A model generated the notes under the pieces. It did not search any database. It was not told where the DNA came from and saw only the letters and a program-made list of their open reading frames with translations. Position numbers and translations under genes: made by a program. Positions 16,951-29,500 of a DNA stretch of 64,000 nt are shown here, piece after piece. The stretch's first letter is position 1. Each line of letters opens with the position of its first letter. Origin of the DNA: the human T2T-CHM13v2.0 reference genome, Homo sapiens; the NCBI RefSeq assembly GCF_009914755.1, contig NC_060934.1; one strand, 5' to 3'.

Positions 16951-18678
16951 CTGTGCTTGATTCCATGTTCCTTTTAGCCCACATCCAAGACTAATGGATG
17001 TCTGTGGCTGGAAAGCAGAAAATATGTTCACAGAAAACTCCTGAGCAGAGCTGGGATGACTTATTTTAATCCCCACAATTGGAATAGCTATTTCAAAGGC
17101 ATGGCTGAAGATGCTTCTTCCCAGCCTGTCCTGCAGAGAGATGATGCAGTTGTTTAATGGATAATCCCAGTGTCCTGAGGAGGCCAGCAACTGTCCCTTC
17201 TCCCGCACAGCACCCAAAGTCTTGAATGGATCCCTGGCCCTCCTGGAATAAAGTATGCATAGGGTGGAGAACTTCTGGGAAGGTTGGATCAGGCCACGTC
17301 AAATTCCCACAGGAAAATTCCCAAGAAAGGCCCCAGGCCAAGGCTTAGCAGCCAGAGGGGAAGCAGTCCATTCAGTCATGCCCCCCTGCAGTGCAGTGAG
17401 ACTGGCTGGACATTGGCTGGGACATTGGTTTCCAACACCCCATCTGCCATCCCCACCACACCTCCCCACCCCCAACATTACAAACACACACACACACACA
17501 CACCACACCCCAGGCCTGTGAGATTTGCTCTAGTTCTGTGAGCTTTGCTCTAATATGGAGGACTGGTTCAAACAATCCTCCACTGCTCCAAGTGCCAGCA
17601 TGTTCACGTGACTATCTCACAGAGGCAATAACTTTAGTGGGGCAGAACTGAGATCTGGCACATCCACAGCACAACAGGGAGTGGCTAGAGATGGCCAAGC
17701 AGTGTGGCTCCCACCTGACCAGCAAGCACCATGACCATCCATGTCTGGGGAGGAAAGAGACCCGCCAGCCACAGTGTGAAACAGGCAGTCAGCTGGGGCT
17801 CCCTTCTAAGGAAAAGGCAGCTCTCCTCAGAAGCCGTCCCAAATCCACCCTGGCTCTCAGGAATTCAACAAATATGACAAAGATGAGAAGGGAGAAAGTA
17901 TGAATTATTTTTTGCAAGACAAGACTATAAGCATCTGCATATTTAAATTTTGATTCATGTCTTTGAAACAATTTCCTGTTTTGAAGATAACTCAGCAAAT
18001 ACATTCTTACTTTATTGGAAACAGCATTTATTAAGCTATTTATGTAGCACAAATTCACAGGTCATGATACATTACGGTAAAATATCACCAAACAAGCCAA
18101 AAGGTTATTTTTTTCTATTGTTTTCTGCCTTAGTGAAAGCGGTGTAAATGGCTCTTATCTGAACCACAATGAATTCACATATTCAAGTTGGCTTCTTCGG
18201 AAATTTCAGGCCACGAATGGCAGTGATGCGACCAGGAGCAGTAACACGGTAGGTTCCACCACCCAACCCACAGCAAATTAAATCTATCACAATAAAGCCA
18301 AACCAAGAAAATTAAAAGGCAAAATAGCAGCAACTGGAAACCGATCTCTCAAGACCTCATTGATGAGCTTCTGGAAACAAAGCCTACTTCCCCCACGTTG
18401 CAAGGCCTGTCTCCACAGGAGATGTGTGTTGGAGAGCTTGGCTGCGTGGTGTGAGCACCAGATGTCTTAGCAGGACCCCAAAGTTCAATCCTCGGGAAGC
18501 CTGGGACTATTTTAAAATATAAGTGCCAAACATTTGGAATCAAACTAAGTCAGATTACCAATGTGTAGCCCTCAGTCACATGTAAAAAATGAAAGTCAAT
18601 ATAACCACTATAACCTTTCCTCCACAAGAATGGCATAGTGACTTGCATTTTTAATGAGTTTATGGCCAAGAGGGGCAT

Positions 18679-19010
18679 CTAGTAGTGTGCTGGGGCCAGC
18701 TGGTACTGGCTAATGAGAACCAGTTGTTAAATCTTTCAAGAACTTTGCAAGCCAGTTGTTAAACACAGCCATCATCAACATTAAAAATAGTATAAACTTA
18801 TAATTAAATAAATTATATTAAACATGAAAGTAATAAATACTCAAACACTCCACATCCTAATTATTTTACTACATTTTAAGACACAGTGGCAGCTTGTTAG
18901 AGGGCTTGGTGGGAGTATTTACACCATGGTAATAAGCAAAGGCTAAAACCAGGGGCTTCCCCCTCCCCGGCCAGGAGCAAGTGGTTGAATATTTACCATC
19001 ACACTACTGG
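18679..19010. mobile_element. MER63-like hAT-Blackjack DNA transposon
   Basis: Inverted ends ctagtagtgtgctgg / ccatcacactactgg with an AT-rich core. Confidence 0.75.
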
Positions 19011-19175
19011 GGGTTCCCATAGGAGATGACCTGAGCTAACAGTGTGGCCGTGAATATAAACTCTCAAGCAACCTGTTCCCCAATAATGCTAACTTTCTAG
19101 AACAGTTCCCATTATATGGGCTGCATTTTAATTGGTCAGGGAAATGCTCAGAACCCTCCCACCTGCACAGGAGTC

Positions 19176-19817
19176 TGTCGTCCAAAAGACCACCAGGATC
19201 ACTAAATAGTGAAAAGGAGATCCTTATTGGTGATAGCAGTTGGGGAACTGTAAAGAGACAGTCTCTGGCAAGTACCAAGATGCTCTGTCTTTGAAGAGGG
19301 GAAGGGCAATTTGGGTTTCACGGCTCACAAGGCTGGTATCCTATGTATGCAGCAGGTTTGGGGGAAAAGCTGTACATATTTATGAGGAGAGTCAAGTGCA
19401 TGCACAGTGGGTAAACATGTATGTCACATACATCCCATGTTTACTTTGAGGCAGGGTTTTAGCATTAAAAGAAGTAGAATTTGGCTTTTTATGACAAAAG
19501 GTGAACCATATGACACAAAGACAGTTTGTGCACAGCCTCTGTAAGCTGCTGAAAATGGCTTAAGGTCTGCAATTGCTTATCAAGAAAGAATGTTGGTAAG
19601 GGCATCCTCTGTCCAATCAGAGTTGTAGTGACTGGGTTGTAAATAAGACTTGGAAGGGGTCTGATAGCACCATTGTTAGGGAGTTTGGAGCCATAGGAAT
19701 ATAGAGATTACTCATGCCAGCCAGGCCCTGAACCAACCTGTAGGTAACTTTGTTTCCTTAACCTTGGTGTCTGTCTTAGTTGATACAGCGGTGTTTATTT
19801 TGATCTTTCAGATTACA
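19176..19817 (-). mobile_element. MER50-family ERV1 solo LTR
   Basis: TG...CA ends; minus strand starts TGTAATCTGAAAGATCAAAATAAAC...AAGGTTAAGGAAACAAAGTTACCTAC; 4-bp TSD AGTC at 19172-19175 and 19818-19821. Confidence 0.85.
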
Positions 19818-20299
19818 AGTCGCAATTTAGGAAGGGTGCTCCATCATCATTTCATGATTCTCACTACAGCCCAGACAGGTGGGCAGAGCAGTGTTCTTTC
19901 CCCTTTAATGAATGAAGAAGCTGAGCCTCAAACAGATGAGGGGGCTTCCTGGGTTCACAGAGCTCTAAAGGTGGGAACCTAGCTTTTTCAGTGACATTAG
20001 CTAGATGTGGTGGGCACTTCTCACTAGAAAAACAAGAATTAAATCAACGTGAGGTCCAGAACTGGTGTCCCCTGTTGGAAAAATAAATTGAAACTAATGT
20101 TCTGGCAATAGGTAGCAAAAACTTTAAACCTATGGTACCATCTGTCTTGACAATCTTACCTCTAGAAATTGACCCCTTAATAAATTAAAACTGTGTCTTT
20201 ATTAGCCCATTTTCATCAGCCCATGTTCAATATAGCATTGTTTATGGGAGTGAACTCAGAGGCAACCTAAGTGCCTGAGGTGGAGGTTGGGCTAAGTTG

Positions 20300-20468
20300 G
20301 TTTGGTTGCATCATCCTCACCTGGAAACTTGTTAGAGATGCAAATTCCCAGGCCCCACACCAGGCAGACCTGCTGGTTGGGAAACTCTGCAGTGAGGCCT
20401 GGCAATCTGTGTTTCAATCAGCCTTCCCTGGATTGATTCTGGTGCCTGCCAGAGTTTGAGAACTCCTA
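20300..20468 (+). mobile_element. MER5A DNA transposon
   Basis: cacctggaaacttgttagagatgcaaattcccaggccccac...agagtttgagaact. Confidence 0.8.
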
Positions 20469-23400
20469 GGTTAAGTAAATTATGGAACAACTAAACAATG
20501 GAATTCAATGTAGTGAATAAAGCACATGGGAAAATCTGTTCACAATATTATGATTATAAGCATATACCAAATAATCCCAGTTATATAAAACCTAGAACAT
20601 GCATGCATATATACACACACGTAAAGTCTGAAATTTTACATGACAAGCCTTAGCAACATTTCTTTGTACGAAAAAGAGATTCCCATCCTTTTGTTAATCT
20701 TCTTCTATGATAATTGTGTAAGAAAATAAGCAATAAATTACTTCCAGCTTTATTTAAAGGCTAATGAGGCTGGAAAAAACATATAGGCCCACAAGCAAGA
20801 TTTTACAAAGCCCCATGACTCCTGGCCACTCTGTCCTAAGATGCTCCATACCAGTCCCCTGGACAGGTCTCTCAGCCTGGATCCCTTGAATGGACATCAG
20901 CCTTTGGGTTCCAGAGCATTCGGTTCACTGGGTGCAGAAAAGAGGCTAGGTTGAGGAGTGGAAACCTGCCTCTGACCACAAGGGGTTAAAACCTAACTGG
21001 ATGGGAAGAGGCTCCTGGGAAAGATGTGACATTTGTTTGCAAGGAAACATAAACAATAACAGATGAAGACAGTAACATGTGGCTCAGAGTGAGCCTGATC
21101 AAAGCCAGCTGGGCAAGCAAGCTCCAGGCCTGGCTGCAGGAAGAGATACCCTAGGGGCAGGCTTGGGTGGAGAGGGTCTGTGGGGGAGGCCAGGGCAGCC
21201 TCTCCAGCTGTGGGGACTGCGCCAGGGAGTGTGGCCAAGAATTCCAACCTTTTTGGGGGAAGTTGGGTATGACTGAGGCTTCAGACACTTGAGACCTGAA
21301 TTAGCTGCTCCAGCTGCTGGGAAGGATGGCCCACCCAGAACTGTCTTCTTAGCCCCATGGTTGTAGAACAGAAAACAGTCAGCATTTACCTACACCACCA
21401 ACCAGGTGCAGAGCACATTTGCCTTCAAGAATACATGGATTCCAGCCAGGATGGACATGACTTGCCACAGGCAGGCTAAACCGTTCCCTTTCAGTGACTT
21501 TCTAAATGGGGTGGTAATTTCATTATGTCATCAAGTATGGTAGTCCCAGAGCAGATGATTTTTGAGCCCCTCTTCCCCATTTTCCAGGTGAATTTGCTTA
21601 AAGGTCACAGAGCTGCCGAGTTGTGTAGCAGGCGTCGGAGCCAAACGCCCATGTCTATCTACAGAGTGCAGGCTTTTTCCATCCCAGCAAGCCGGATCCT
21701 CATCCATTCCCACCTGAGCCCTCCCAGTGCCTCCCTCTGCCCTCCCCAGCTCAGGACACCTGCCCCAGCCAACAGCTCTTCCAGCCACCACCATCCATCA
21801 ATTCCTCTAAGTGGCAGAGCCCCATAAAGAACCAGTGTGAGCCCAGACTTGGTATTACCATGTCTCCATCCTGCAAAAGTGAACACAGCTCTACAGTGGT
21901 TATTTCAAACTGTGCCAGGCAAATGCTAAGCACATATTGTAAATTATCATTAATTGAGGAGATGTTTCCTTTTGGGCAGCAGAATACCTCACTGGTTCTG
22001 CGGACAATCGCTGAAGCTTAGAAGTTGCAGTACATCCACAAGTTTTCTCAACTGGCCTGGGCCCAAATATGACCTTGCAATGTTCTCCCTCATGGCTTTC
22101 AGATGACAGCACAGGCTCCCCACTCAGAATGCGGCAGTGGAAGAGGGGCTCCCTTCCAGCCCCCACGTGATGTCTGAGAATGTGACCTGCCCCCGCCTGC
22201 AGGTTCCAGGTGTCAAAGTCACCTCCTGTCACCGTCCTCTGATTTTGTTCTTTTCTTTCTCCCCTTTTTACCATCTCTTCCCTAATGTTGGGTGAGTCAT
22301 TACCATGCCCATTTAGAAAGTCACTGAGAGAAGATGCATTTAGCTTGCCTAAGACCATTTCATGCCCTTCCTGGCTGGAATCTATCTTTCCTTGAAGAGA
22401 CATTGAGGGTTTTAAGTGGCAAAACTTCCCCAAACAATCCCTCTTTGGACATTATTTTCTTTCTACAAAGCTTCACTCCCTTGAAACTTGTGGAAACTCT
22501 TTTTGAAGGCAGATCCCCTTTCTGCCAACCAGCTCTTCTGCCCAACTCCTTCTCTAGGAAGTGGTGTCAGTGGCCTTGGGCTTTTTCTTAGGAGGAGCGC
22601 ACTAGGGTTCAGGGGCATAAAACCCTGCATGTGTTTGTCTACAGCTTTGCTCATTCCTCAGGGCTGAGCTGTAGATCCACGGCCACCATGATGAGCTAAG
22701 AGTTTCTGGATTCAGTGCCTGCTGTTGCTCCTGGAGATTTGTATCCTGATTGAAGGCTGGTTCCATATCTGTTCACCCAGGTAGTGGGGATAAAATTCAT
22801 CTCTAAGCGAGCTACTCCCAAGAAAGAGAAGAGCAATGAATGCACCCTGGCCTCCCCTGCTGACCTTCTCAACACCCACGGAACCCTGAGCCTAACATAT
22901 GCCTGTGCCTACTGCTGTGGTCACAGCGTCCCCACCTTCACCTCACTCAGACATTGGGCTGACTTTGATCTCTAATCTTAGCTTGTTTTCACCACCTTGC
23001 TACCCTGTTTGCCTTTCTGGTCTCACAGTTCATTCTGTCCATGTTGCTCTCCTATCTGGGGGCTCTCTCAACCAGGTTCACCCACAGAAGCAGCAGAAGC
23101 AGCTCTGACCTCTCTGCCTCCAAGAGCAGCCTGGCATAATCGGAGCCAAACCTGAGGTGTAAACTCAAAGAGGCCAGAGAGGAACATGCTTCTGTTCCAA
23201 TGTCAGTGCTCCAGAAACCCTGGAGACCAGCCTCCCCAGTAACACTAATGCTCAGACTTCTTCCACAGTGGAAATGCCACATGCAAACTGCAGTTTTAGG
23301 AGTAAAAATTCTATCTGCCCCTAGAAAAATTCTTGTGTCTATGGCAAAAGAATATACACAAGAATTTTTGTTACATGTGTTTTACAGTAACAAAAAAACT

Positions 23401-23650
23401 AGAAAAGGCACGCAATAAAAGACTGACTAAACCATTGGAAATGATTTCAATTAGGAAAAAAAATAGCAAAATGTTTAAAAGGCAAAAAACATGGGTGAGC
23501 ATGTGGGAAAAGATATTGCTTTAGACTGTTAGAGGGACAGGGAATTGATAGGGATTCAGTGAGGAAGATTTAGGCAGTAACTAGTACAACTTTTATTTTC
23601 CATTTCTCCCTATGGTAATTATCCTAGCTAGTTTCCCAACCTCTTTTTTT

Positions 23651-23957
<307 letters not shown>

Positions 23958-24084
23958 CAACTTCTTTTTGAGCAAACATAGTCATTTAAATTTGGGAAGA
24001 AAATAACCCATTTTATCTGGATGTTCAAATTATTTCTATAAAAATATTCTTTATAGTTGCTTATACTATTTGGATATTTTTAAA

Positions 24085-24430
24085 GGAATAGCAACAAATG
24101 TTTACTAAGCACCTGCTCTCTGCCCAGCACTGCCCTGGCAGTGAAAAAGACAAAATCCTTGTCCTAAAGAAGCTGGCATTACTGTGGAGGATGAAAAAAA
24201 AATAGATGGATGCAAGCATAAATACATAACATAATGCCAGTGGCAATAAGTGCCCTCATGATAAATATAGCATAGTAAGTGAATATATAACTAAAGGAGT
24301 GTTCTCAGGGGAGGCCTCCCTGCAGAATAATGTGGGGGAAGAACATTGAGTGGAGAGAGTGATCTGCCATTCAAGAATCTGGAGAAAAAGCTTTCCAGGT
24401 AGCAGAAACAGCAAGTGCAAAGACCTAGGC
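24085..24430 (-). mobile_element. L2 3' fragment
   Basis: caacaaatgtttactaagcacctgctc...ttccaggtagcagaaacagcaagtgcaaagacc. Confidence 0.7.
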
Positions 24431-24888
24431 TAGATATGGCATTTTTAAAGCCTAGTAATTCCATGTGACTCTTTTATACTTTCCATTTGCCTGCCAAGGA
24501 TTCCCCTCTGTTCACCTTTCTGTTCATTTCACCTGAAAAAATATATATATATTTACAATAATTGTTTAAGTCCTTAACTGCTAATTTCAACATCTGGATT
24601 ATAATGGGTTTACTTCTATTGTCTGTTTTCTCTTGTTAAGAGTCATGTTTTCCTGCTTTTTTGATTGCCTGGTATTGTTCCTTTAAACATTGTGGTTGAT
24701 GCATTATAGAAACTCTGGATTCTGTTATCTTCCTTTGAAGAGTGTTGATGCTTAGTTGTTCTATGTTTTCTTAGATTCTGTATTTGTCTACTAAGCATCC
24801 ATTAATTACAGGGCCAAACTAACAGCTACTGTTGTATATATCTGCCCTGCAGTCCAGTTTCCCTAGGTGCCTGAAAAATCTTATCCCT

Positions 24889-25106
24889 GGCTGGGCACAG
24901 TGGCTCACACCTCTAATCCCAGCACTTTGGGAGGCCAAGGCAGGCGGATCACTTTAGGCCTGCCTGGCCAACATGGCAAAACCCCATCTCTACTAAAAAT
25001 ACAAAAAGTAGCTGGGAGTGGTGGCACGCACCTGCACGAGAATCGCTTGAACCTTGGGTGCAGCCTGGGTGACAGAGTGAGACTCCATCTCCAAAAAAAA
25101 AAAAAA
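24889..25106 (+). mobile_element. AluS with three internal deletions (body about 203 bp)
   Basis: Both Alu ends and the A tail are present; TSD aaaaat(c)ttatccc at 24874-24887 and 25102-25114. Confidence 0.9.
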
Positions 25107-25114
25107 TTTATCCC

Positions 25115-25520
25115 AAACTTTCTCATCTATCCTGAGTGTGTGCCCCAACCACCTTCTTTACCTAACTCTCACACACCAAGCCAGTATTTCTCCTGCCCTA
25201 AATCACTCAGGGCCAGTCATTCAGACAACTGGAGACCAGAGCCCACCAACCCTATCCACACTAGCCAGTACTAAGTTGCTTCCCCTTTCCTGCCTTGCTT
25301 TTCCCATGGAAAGCTCAATAAAGGCTCTGGGCCATGCTTTTCTCTGGCTCTTTCTACCTTTTGACCAAACCTGGTGCTTCCTCCCTGTGGCCTCTTGGGA
25401 CATGGTATGTCCCCTTCTCTTAGGAAGTGTAAGTACTGTAATAAATTATTCCTTCCATGACATGAGCTCTCTGTGTTGTCTTTCAGTCACCTTTAAAATT
25501 AAGTCCTGGGCACAAATCAT
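25115..25520 (+). mobile_element. MER39-like ERV1 LTR fragment
   Basis: ctgccctaaatcac...cagacaactggagacc...ttcccatggaaagctcaataaaggctctgggccatgc. Confidence 0.55.
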
Positions 25521-25673
25521 TAGTCTGGCAAGTTACATCACTGGTAAGTTACCTTGATTCTAGAGAATCCTGGTTTTAGGCTGTGTTGACTGGGTCTATT
25601 TCAGTTCTGTCTCTAGTCCTAGAGCACAACCCCTAGTCTTGGTTTTCATGGGAAGCCAGCTGTGCTTACCAAG

Positions 25674-25744
25674 TATATTAGCGTTCTCCAGAGAAACAGA
25701 ACCAACAAGATGTGTGTGCGTGTGTGTGTGCACGTGTATATGTA

Positions 25745-25789
<45 letters not shown>

Positions 25790-26137
25790 AAGTGGTTTAT
25801 TTTAAGGAACTTGCTCACACAATTATGAAGCTGGCAAGTACAACGTGCAGTCTGGGCCAGCAGGCTAGAGACCCAGGAAGAGCTGAGGTTGCAGTTCCAG
25901 CCTGAAGGCCACATGCTGCAGAAGTCCCTCCTGCTCGGGCTTTGCTTTGTCTGTGCCTTTGAATAATTAGATGAGGCCCACCCAAGTTACGGAGGGCAAT
26001 CTGCTTGACTCAAAGTCCACAAACTTAAATGTAAATCTCATTCACAAACACCCTCACAGACACATCCAAAATAATGTTCTACCAACTATCTGGGCATTGT
26101 GGCCCAGCCAAGTTGATACATACAATTAAGCATCACA
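25674..26137 (-). mobile_element. MLT2 ERVL solo LTR with internal (TG)n(TA)n
   Basis: tatattagcgttctccagagaaacagaacc...ggcccagccaagttgatacatacaattaagcatcaca; TSD ccaag/ctaag. Confidence 0.85.
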
Positions 26138-28489
26138 CTAAGTCCTTCTATTAATACTTTGGCAGGATTTAAACTTCAAACTTTGTCTCTCAATGGCAGG
26201 ACAGCTGCTGAAATCTCTGCTCAGCTCTTTTTAGCCTTCCAGCTGTTGTTTTCCACTGAGCCCCTTGGCATTTCATTCTCTGCATGCCAAGTTTAGGAGT
26301 CACCCATCAATTTAAGGGGAATTTTGAAGCAGAGTTGGGGTCTCTTCCAAAATCAAAAGTTGCTTCCTTTCTGGGATTGTTCCCCTAAATTCTAGCCACT
26401 ATGACAACATCAAGCCCCAACCTCTGTCTTCCTAGCACAGTAAGATTGTCACATCCTGCTTAAACTCTCTTGCCCTGTATGCAGTGTAAATGGGAACAGG
26501 TCCTCAGAAGTCGATCTAAATAAATGTGGAGCTCACCTACCTACTTCTTTTCTTTTAAGGGCCAATTACTCACTGGATCCTCCTTTGAAGCCAAGGTCTA
26601 GTGTCTTTTGGAAGCTCTGGTAAACTGTGTTCTCTTGTCTGATCTGTCCTTTTTTTGCTCTGTCTGCTCCCTCCTCCTAGAACACCTATTAAACGAGCAC
26701 TAGAACTCCTGGATCTTCCCTCCGCATCTCTCAACTTCCATTTCACAGAATTACCTATTGTCTTTCTGCAACTCGCTTTGTGAAACAGAAAACTGATTTC
26801 ACAAAATCCAGACAACCAAATGGCTGAACACGTTAGCACCTTGTTTGTCTCCATAGACTTCCTGACCCTCCTTCTACTCAGCCGCAGCTCTGTGCACAGC
26901 AATGTCCTTACTTACCCATCCCAGCTTGCCATGTGATTTCATGCTTCCAGGCATTGGCATGCCAGGTGCCAGACACCCTGCCAGGTGCCAGATGCCCTGT
27001 CTGCTTTTCTGACCAACAAACTCCTTTGTGTCCAGACAGAGATGTTGCTCTGCTGGCCACTGTGATTTTCTCTTTTTCCTGGGATCCAACAGCACCCTGT
27101 TCACACCTCAAAAGTAGCACTCACTTACCCTGTTTGCCTGTGGTTTCCTCTGTTAAGGCCACATCTATGTCTTCCTTGTTTTTTCCCATGGTGTCTCATA
27201 CCATACTTTAGAAGAGGGAACATTTATAGAGCACCTACACATTTTGGACACTATTCCAAGTGTTTTACATGCAATAACTCTTTGGCAAGTCATAGCAACC
27301 CCCTAGGGCCATCATGGTCATTACAAACGAGAAAACTAAGATGAAGTTGAGTCACTTGTCAGGGGTTGCGCACAGATAGTAAGCAATTGGCCAGGAGGAA
27401 TTAGACCTTAGCCAGCTGGATTAGGCCCACACTCTGAACTGTGAGAAGGAACGATTCCATCCACAAAGGGGCACACTGATCATAATGGTGGGTTGTTAGA
27501 GTGCATGCAGCTGTGTCTACAAAAGCTAGGCTACGAGTGCAGATATAATTTACATGAGTAAAGTATCCACAGGGTATAACAGGTGCTTGCCACCATCCCC
27601 TGAGAAGGTTTTCTCCTGTTCCATTGTGTCTTATTTTCCTTTTGAGACTGACCATTTCCTTATGTTTGTCAGTGCCACTTCCATCCGGACAGAAGGAACC
27701 CAGGTCAAGGCTGACAGGAGGAGCAGGAGCCGTCAATGAGAGCAGACCTCAGAAGCCAACGGAGGTGAGAAGAGCACCATCCACAGCCCCATCCTCTGAA
27801 TGCTGTGGGAAGAAGTCCACAAAATACCACCCCTTGGAGTCAGTCAGTAGTAGAGCCCTTGCTGCTGGCTGCAAATACCCCATCAGAACATGTTTGGGGT
27901 GATTCTTGGACCTGGTTTCAATTTCTTTTCTGCCAGTCAGCAGTTGTGCTTGACTCACAATTTGTTGCCATCTCTTGAATTAAACTCAGGAAACAGGATA
28001 AAGATCAGAACCACATTGTAAAAGCTTCCTTATGGTTCATTTTTTGCTGAGATAAATAATGAGCAGCTCTGATCCATGTCTCTGGAGAGCTCAGAGCACA
28101 CTACCAGGAGCTCCTAGCCACAGGGTGAGCACAGGTGGCTGGTGTTCTCTTGATGAGGAAAGACAGCAGTGTCCAATCTACCCTGCCTTACACGGAGCCC
28201 CAGGTGCTCTCCCGGACTGTGTTGCTACCTAAAGCACATGGCAATTGCATGATGCTAACCAGAGCAGCCCCTCACTCATTAGAAACATCTGCTTTGCATT
28301 ATTTACACAGGCAAAGTTTTCCTTTTTACTGAGCCTACCCAGTTCAAACTTAAGTGGGATTTGCCAGCTATCTGGCTAATTTTATGAGCAATAATAAAGA
28401 TTGGTGAACACTTGGTTTTTGCATAATTATAATCAATTTTATGTTAAACTTAGCTTAAAAGAAATTTATCTTCATGAGAAAAATAGACA

Positions 28490-28875
28490 GACTTTAGTGA
28501 GGACCAATCTACAAAATGCCTGACCAGAGTTCTTCAAAACTGTCAAGGTCATCAAAATCAAGGAAAGTTTCAGAGATTGTCACAACCAAGAGGAGCCTAA
28601 GGCAATGCTGTGACTAAATGTCATGTGGTGGTCTGGATGGGGTCTTGGACCGGGAAAAGGATACTAGATAAAAACAGGAAATCCAAATAATGTGTAGATT
28701 TTAGTCAATAATAATGTATCAATATTGGCTCATTAAATTGTGACAAATGTGCCATACCAATGAAAGATGTTAATAACAGGGGAGACTAGGTGTGGAGCAT
28801 TCGAGAACTCTCTCAACTATGCTCTCAACTTTTGGGTGAGTCTAAAACTGTTCTAAAATAAAAACTTTATTTAAA
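28490..28875 (+). mobile_element. L1MC4-like 3' end
   Basis: tcttcaaaactgtcaaggtcatcaaaa...aatgtatcaatattggctcattaaattgtgacaaatgt...tctaaaactgttctaaaataaaa. Confidence 0.75.
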
Positions 28876-28887
28876 AATATATAAAGA

Positions 28888-29181
28888 GGCTGGGCACAGT
28901 GGCTCATGCCTGTAATCCCAGCACTTTGGGAGGTCAGGACAAGAGGATTTCTTGAGCCCAGGAGTTGGAGACCAGCCTCGGTCACATGATAAAACTCTGT
29001 TTCTACAACACATACAAAAATTAGTGGCACACGCCTGTAGTCTCAACTAGTCAAGCGGATGAAGTGTGAGGATCATCTGAGCCTGGCAAGGTCAAGGCTG
29101 CAGTGAATAGTGATTGTGAAAATGAAATCCAGCCAGGCGACAGAGTGAGACCCTGTCTAAAAAAAAAAAAAAAAAAAAAAA
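28888..29181 (+). mobile_element. AluJ
   Basis: Diverged dimer (ttgagcccaggagttggagacc) with A tail. Confidence 0.88.
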
Positions 29182-29279
29182 CTATACATATACATATGTA
29201 AATTAAGAATGAAACAGAAACTTCCATAATCTCATCTTCTGAATTTTGGAATTGTGTAAAAGTTGCCTCAAACCAATGA

Positions 29280-29500
29280 TAAGTAATAGCTCATGTTTAC
29301 CAAGTGCTGACAACATGTCAGTGTGCTAAGAACTTTACACACGTTACTTGTTTAATTCTCACAAAGATCCTATGGAGTAGGTACAACCATTAGCCTACTG
29401 CACAGATGTAGAAACTGAGGCATAGCACCATTAAATAATTTGTCCAGCTCAGAAAGCAGCATTTGGTTATAGAGCTCATGTACTCTACCACTGCTCTGTA
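29280..29500 (-). mobile_element. MIR
   Basis: Core acagatgtagaaactgaggcatag. Similar MIRs at about 45720-45930, 60425-60640, 63435-63640 and 63670-63850. Confidence 0.7.

Noticed and set aside
26960-26999. 19-bp tandem duplication (also a 17-bp one at 14575-14606)
   Set aside because: Ordinary slippage duplications with no evident function.
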